Shown: positions 62,767 to 64,000 of the stretch, piece by piece
Position numbering within the stretch: position 1 is the stretch's first letter
How the letters are laid out: the number at the start of each line of letters is the position of its first letter
Source of the DNA: Planctomycetota bacterium
GTDB taxonomy: Bacteria; Planctomycetota; B15-G4; SIAN01
Direction of reading: 5' to 3'
Length of the DNA stretch: 64,000 nucleotides
Assembly (NCBI GenBank): GCA_016795285.1
Contig: JAEUIC010000030.1
Span: forward strand, 47,112-111,111
Translations under genes and position numbers: made by a program
The notes under the pieces: generated by a model
The model's input: the letters and a program-made list of their open reading frames with translations, nothing else
Told to the model about the DNA's origin: nothing
Databases searched by the model: none

Positions 62767-63156
62767 ATGGATCGGACGAGCGGTGCGATCGCGCGAAAAG
62801 GGAGACGAGCCTTGGACGAGCTGACGCGACGACAGGCGTTGGGAGCGTTGGTGGTGTTGGGGGCGGCGGGCGGCGCGGCGAACGTCGCGGCTCAGGAAGC
62901 GGGGGGCGAGTCGCCGCACCGCTGGAACGAGAACGAGCGGCGCGACCGGAGCAATTGCATCGCCGCCGGCATGACCGAGGCCGAAGCCGATTGCTGGGAG
63001 CTCTTCGCCCGCGCCGGCGCGGTGTTCTTCGCGCTGCCGAAGTTGCATCCCGCTGCGGACGCGGAGTTCGCCGCTGCGATGCACGTGATCCAGAAGGAGC
63101 TCTTGAGCCGACCGACCTATCGCCGCTACCTCGAGCTGTCGCGCGCCGGGCGGTGA
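62767..63156 (+). CDS. Small hypothetical protein with a Tat-like signal
   Basis: 'TRRQALGALVVLGAAGGAANVAA' is followed by a helical region. There is no domain match. A TTG at 62755 is an alternative start. Confidence 0.4.
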   Translation: MDRTSGAIARKGRRALDELTRRQALGALVVLGAAGGAANVAAQEAGGESPHRWNENERRDRSNCIAAGMTEAEADCWELFARAGAVFFALPKLHPAADAEFAAAMHVIQKELLSRPTYRRYLELSRAGR

Positions 63157-63159
63157 ACG

Positions 63160-63218
63160 CGGAGTCGGTGAGCGCGGAGTCGGTGAGCGCGGAGTCGGTG
63201 AGCGCGGAGCGTCGTGGA
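63160..63218. repeat. Tandem 15-nt repeat (GCGGAGTCGGTGAGC)x3 plus a partial unit, directly abutting repeat locus 3
   Basis: gcggagtcggtgagcgcggagtcggtgagcgcggagtcggtgagcgcggagcgtcg. Confidence 0.7.
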
Positions 63219-63238
63219 GCGAGCGTCGTCGCGGGAGC

Positions 63239-63307
63239 GTGCGGTTCTGACCGCCGTTTTCCCCCCGCCACCTGTGCGGATCTGACCGCCGTTTTCTCCC
63301 CGCCACC
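63239..63307. repeat. REP/MITE-like element, locus 3. Two tandem 34-nt units (63239-63272, 63274-63307) lie in the same orientation.
   Basis: GTGCGGTTCTGACCGCCGTTTTCCCCCCGCCACC T GTGCGGATCTGACCGCCGTTTTCTCCCCGCCACC. Confidence 0.85.
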
Positions 63308-63309
63308 GC

Positions 63310-64000
63310 TCAGGCGAGGAGCAGCACGCCGGCGGTGATCAGCAGGGCGGCGCACCAGCGGGGGGCGTCGACGCGCTCGTGGAAGAGGAGCGTGCCGACG
63401 GCGAGGCTCATCGGGATGCCGAGGTTGCGCGTGGCGACGACCAGGCTCGAGGCGCCCTGCTTCAGCGCCAGCAGGACGAGCCAGTAGCCCGACTGCATCA
63501 GCGCGCCGCCGAGCAGCATGCGCGGCACGAGCGGCACCACGCGGCGCAGGGCGACGAGCGTCAGCTCGCGCCGCACGAGCAGCCAGAGCGACATGAAGCC
63601 CACCAGGAAGAGCTGCATCACGAGGAAGTAGCACCACGTGTCGGGCTGCGACGCGTGGTGGAGCGCGGCGCGATCGGAGAGGTGGTAGCCGGCGACGCCG
63701 CAGGCGCAGAGCGCGGCGAAGCCGACGCCGCGCCAGCGCAGCGCGCTCGAAGTCGTGCTGCTCGATGTCGCGCCGCTCGCCGGCGAGGCGCGCGTGGGCG
63801 CACTCGGGCTCATGAAGGCGAGCCACGTCGCGCCCGCCAGCACCACCGCGACGGCCAGCAGCTCGCCGCCGGCGATCCGCTCGCTGGCGACGAACGTCCC
63901 CGCCGCGGCGGCCAGCACCGGCGCGAGGCCGCGCGAGAGCGGGTAGATCAGCGAGAGGTCGCTCGTCCGGTAGCCGGCGGTCAGCGCGAGGAAGGCGACC
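63310..64000 (-). CDS. EamA/DMT-family transporter, 5'-partial because it runs off the window end
   Basis: Multiple hydrophobic helices are present. The EamA-like C-terminal half reads 'SSLVVATRNLGIPMSLAVGTLLFHE'. The frame is open to position 64000. Confidence 0.55.
   Translation of the reverse strand, partial: VAFLALTAGYRTSDLSLIYPLSRGLAPVLAAAAGTFVASERIAGGELLAVAVVLAGATWLAFMSPSAPTRASPASGATSSSTTSSALRWRGVGFAALCACGVAGYHLSDRAALHHASQPDTWCYFLVMQLFLVGFMSLWLLVRRELTLVALRRVVPLVPRMLLGGALMQSGYWLVLLALKQGASSLVVATRNLGIPMSLAVGTLLFHERVDAPRWCAALLITAGVLLLA

Overview
This is a very GC-rich (about 70%+) bacterial chromosomal window with about 45 densely packed genes, many translationally coupled by ATGA or TGATG overlaps. 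The gene content resembles a Myxococcota- or Planctomycetota-like soil bacterium: a DUF1592/DUF1552 (PSD-type) gene pair, a TIGR02604/TIGR02603-type dehydrogenase plus cytochrome c fusion, an ECF sigma gene next to a Ser/Thr kinase with TPR repeats, an FHA protein, a DUF1579 protein and several ECF sigma/anti-sigma pairs. Taxonomy cannot be fixed from the sequence alone. Because of the high GC, the six-frame track is full of long spurious ORFs. The real genes were picked by recognisable domain motifs, signal peptides, lipoboxes and start/stop coupling. The main contents are listed below.
- A 5'-truncated DUF4011 / SF1-helicase / DUF3320 / DUF559 giant protein, resembling the Hhe helicase plus Vsr-like nuclease defense family.
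- A 1982-aa LamG, neutral-ceramidase-like, beta-propeller dehydrogenase, HEAT and cytochrome c fusion protein.
- A dispersed 34-nt REP/MITE-like repeat with 7 copies at 3 intergenic loci, two of which supply the TAG stop codon of the upstream gene.
- An HMA (heavy-metal-associated) lipoprotein whose reading frame is interrupted by a single in-frame TGA exactly at the position of the first metal-binding Cys. This is either a selenocysteine candidate or a pseudogene.
- Three ECF sigma systems, one of them a one-component ECF sigma fused to a transmembrane helix and carboxypeptidase-regulatory-like domains.
- An Rpn-family recombination-promoting nuclease.
- An operon of a GT28 glycosyltransferase, a nitrilase, an S9 peptidase fused to an FGE domain, and a DUF3052 protein.
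- An operon of a YtrA-type GntR regulator, an ABC ATPase, and three tandem paralogous membrane proteins. Each paralog has about 6 TM helices followed by a roughly 430-aa extracytoplasmic domain. A palindromic operator lies over the GntR start codon. The paralogs show a mosaic pattern, with near-identical ends and divergent middles, that suggests gene conversion.
No rRNA, tRNA or CRISPR array was seen.
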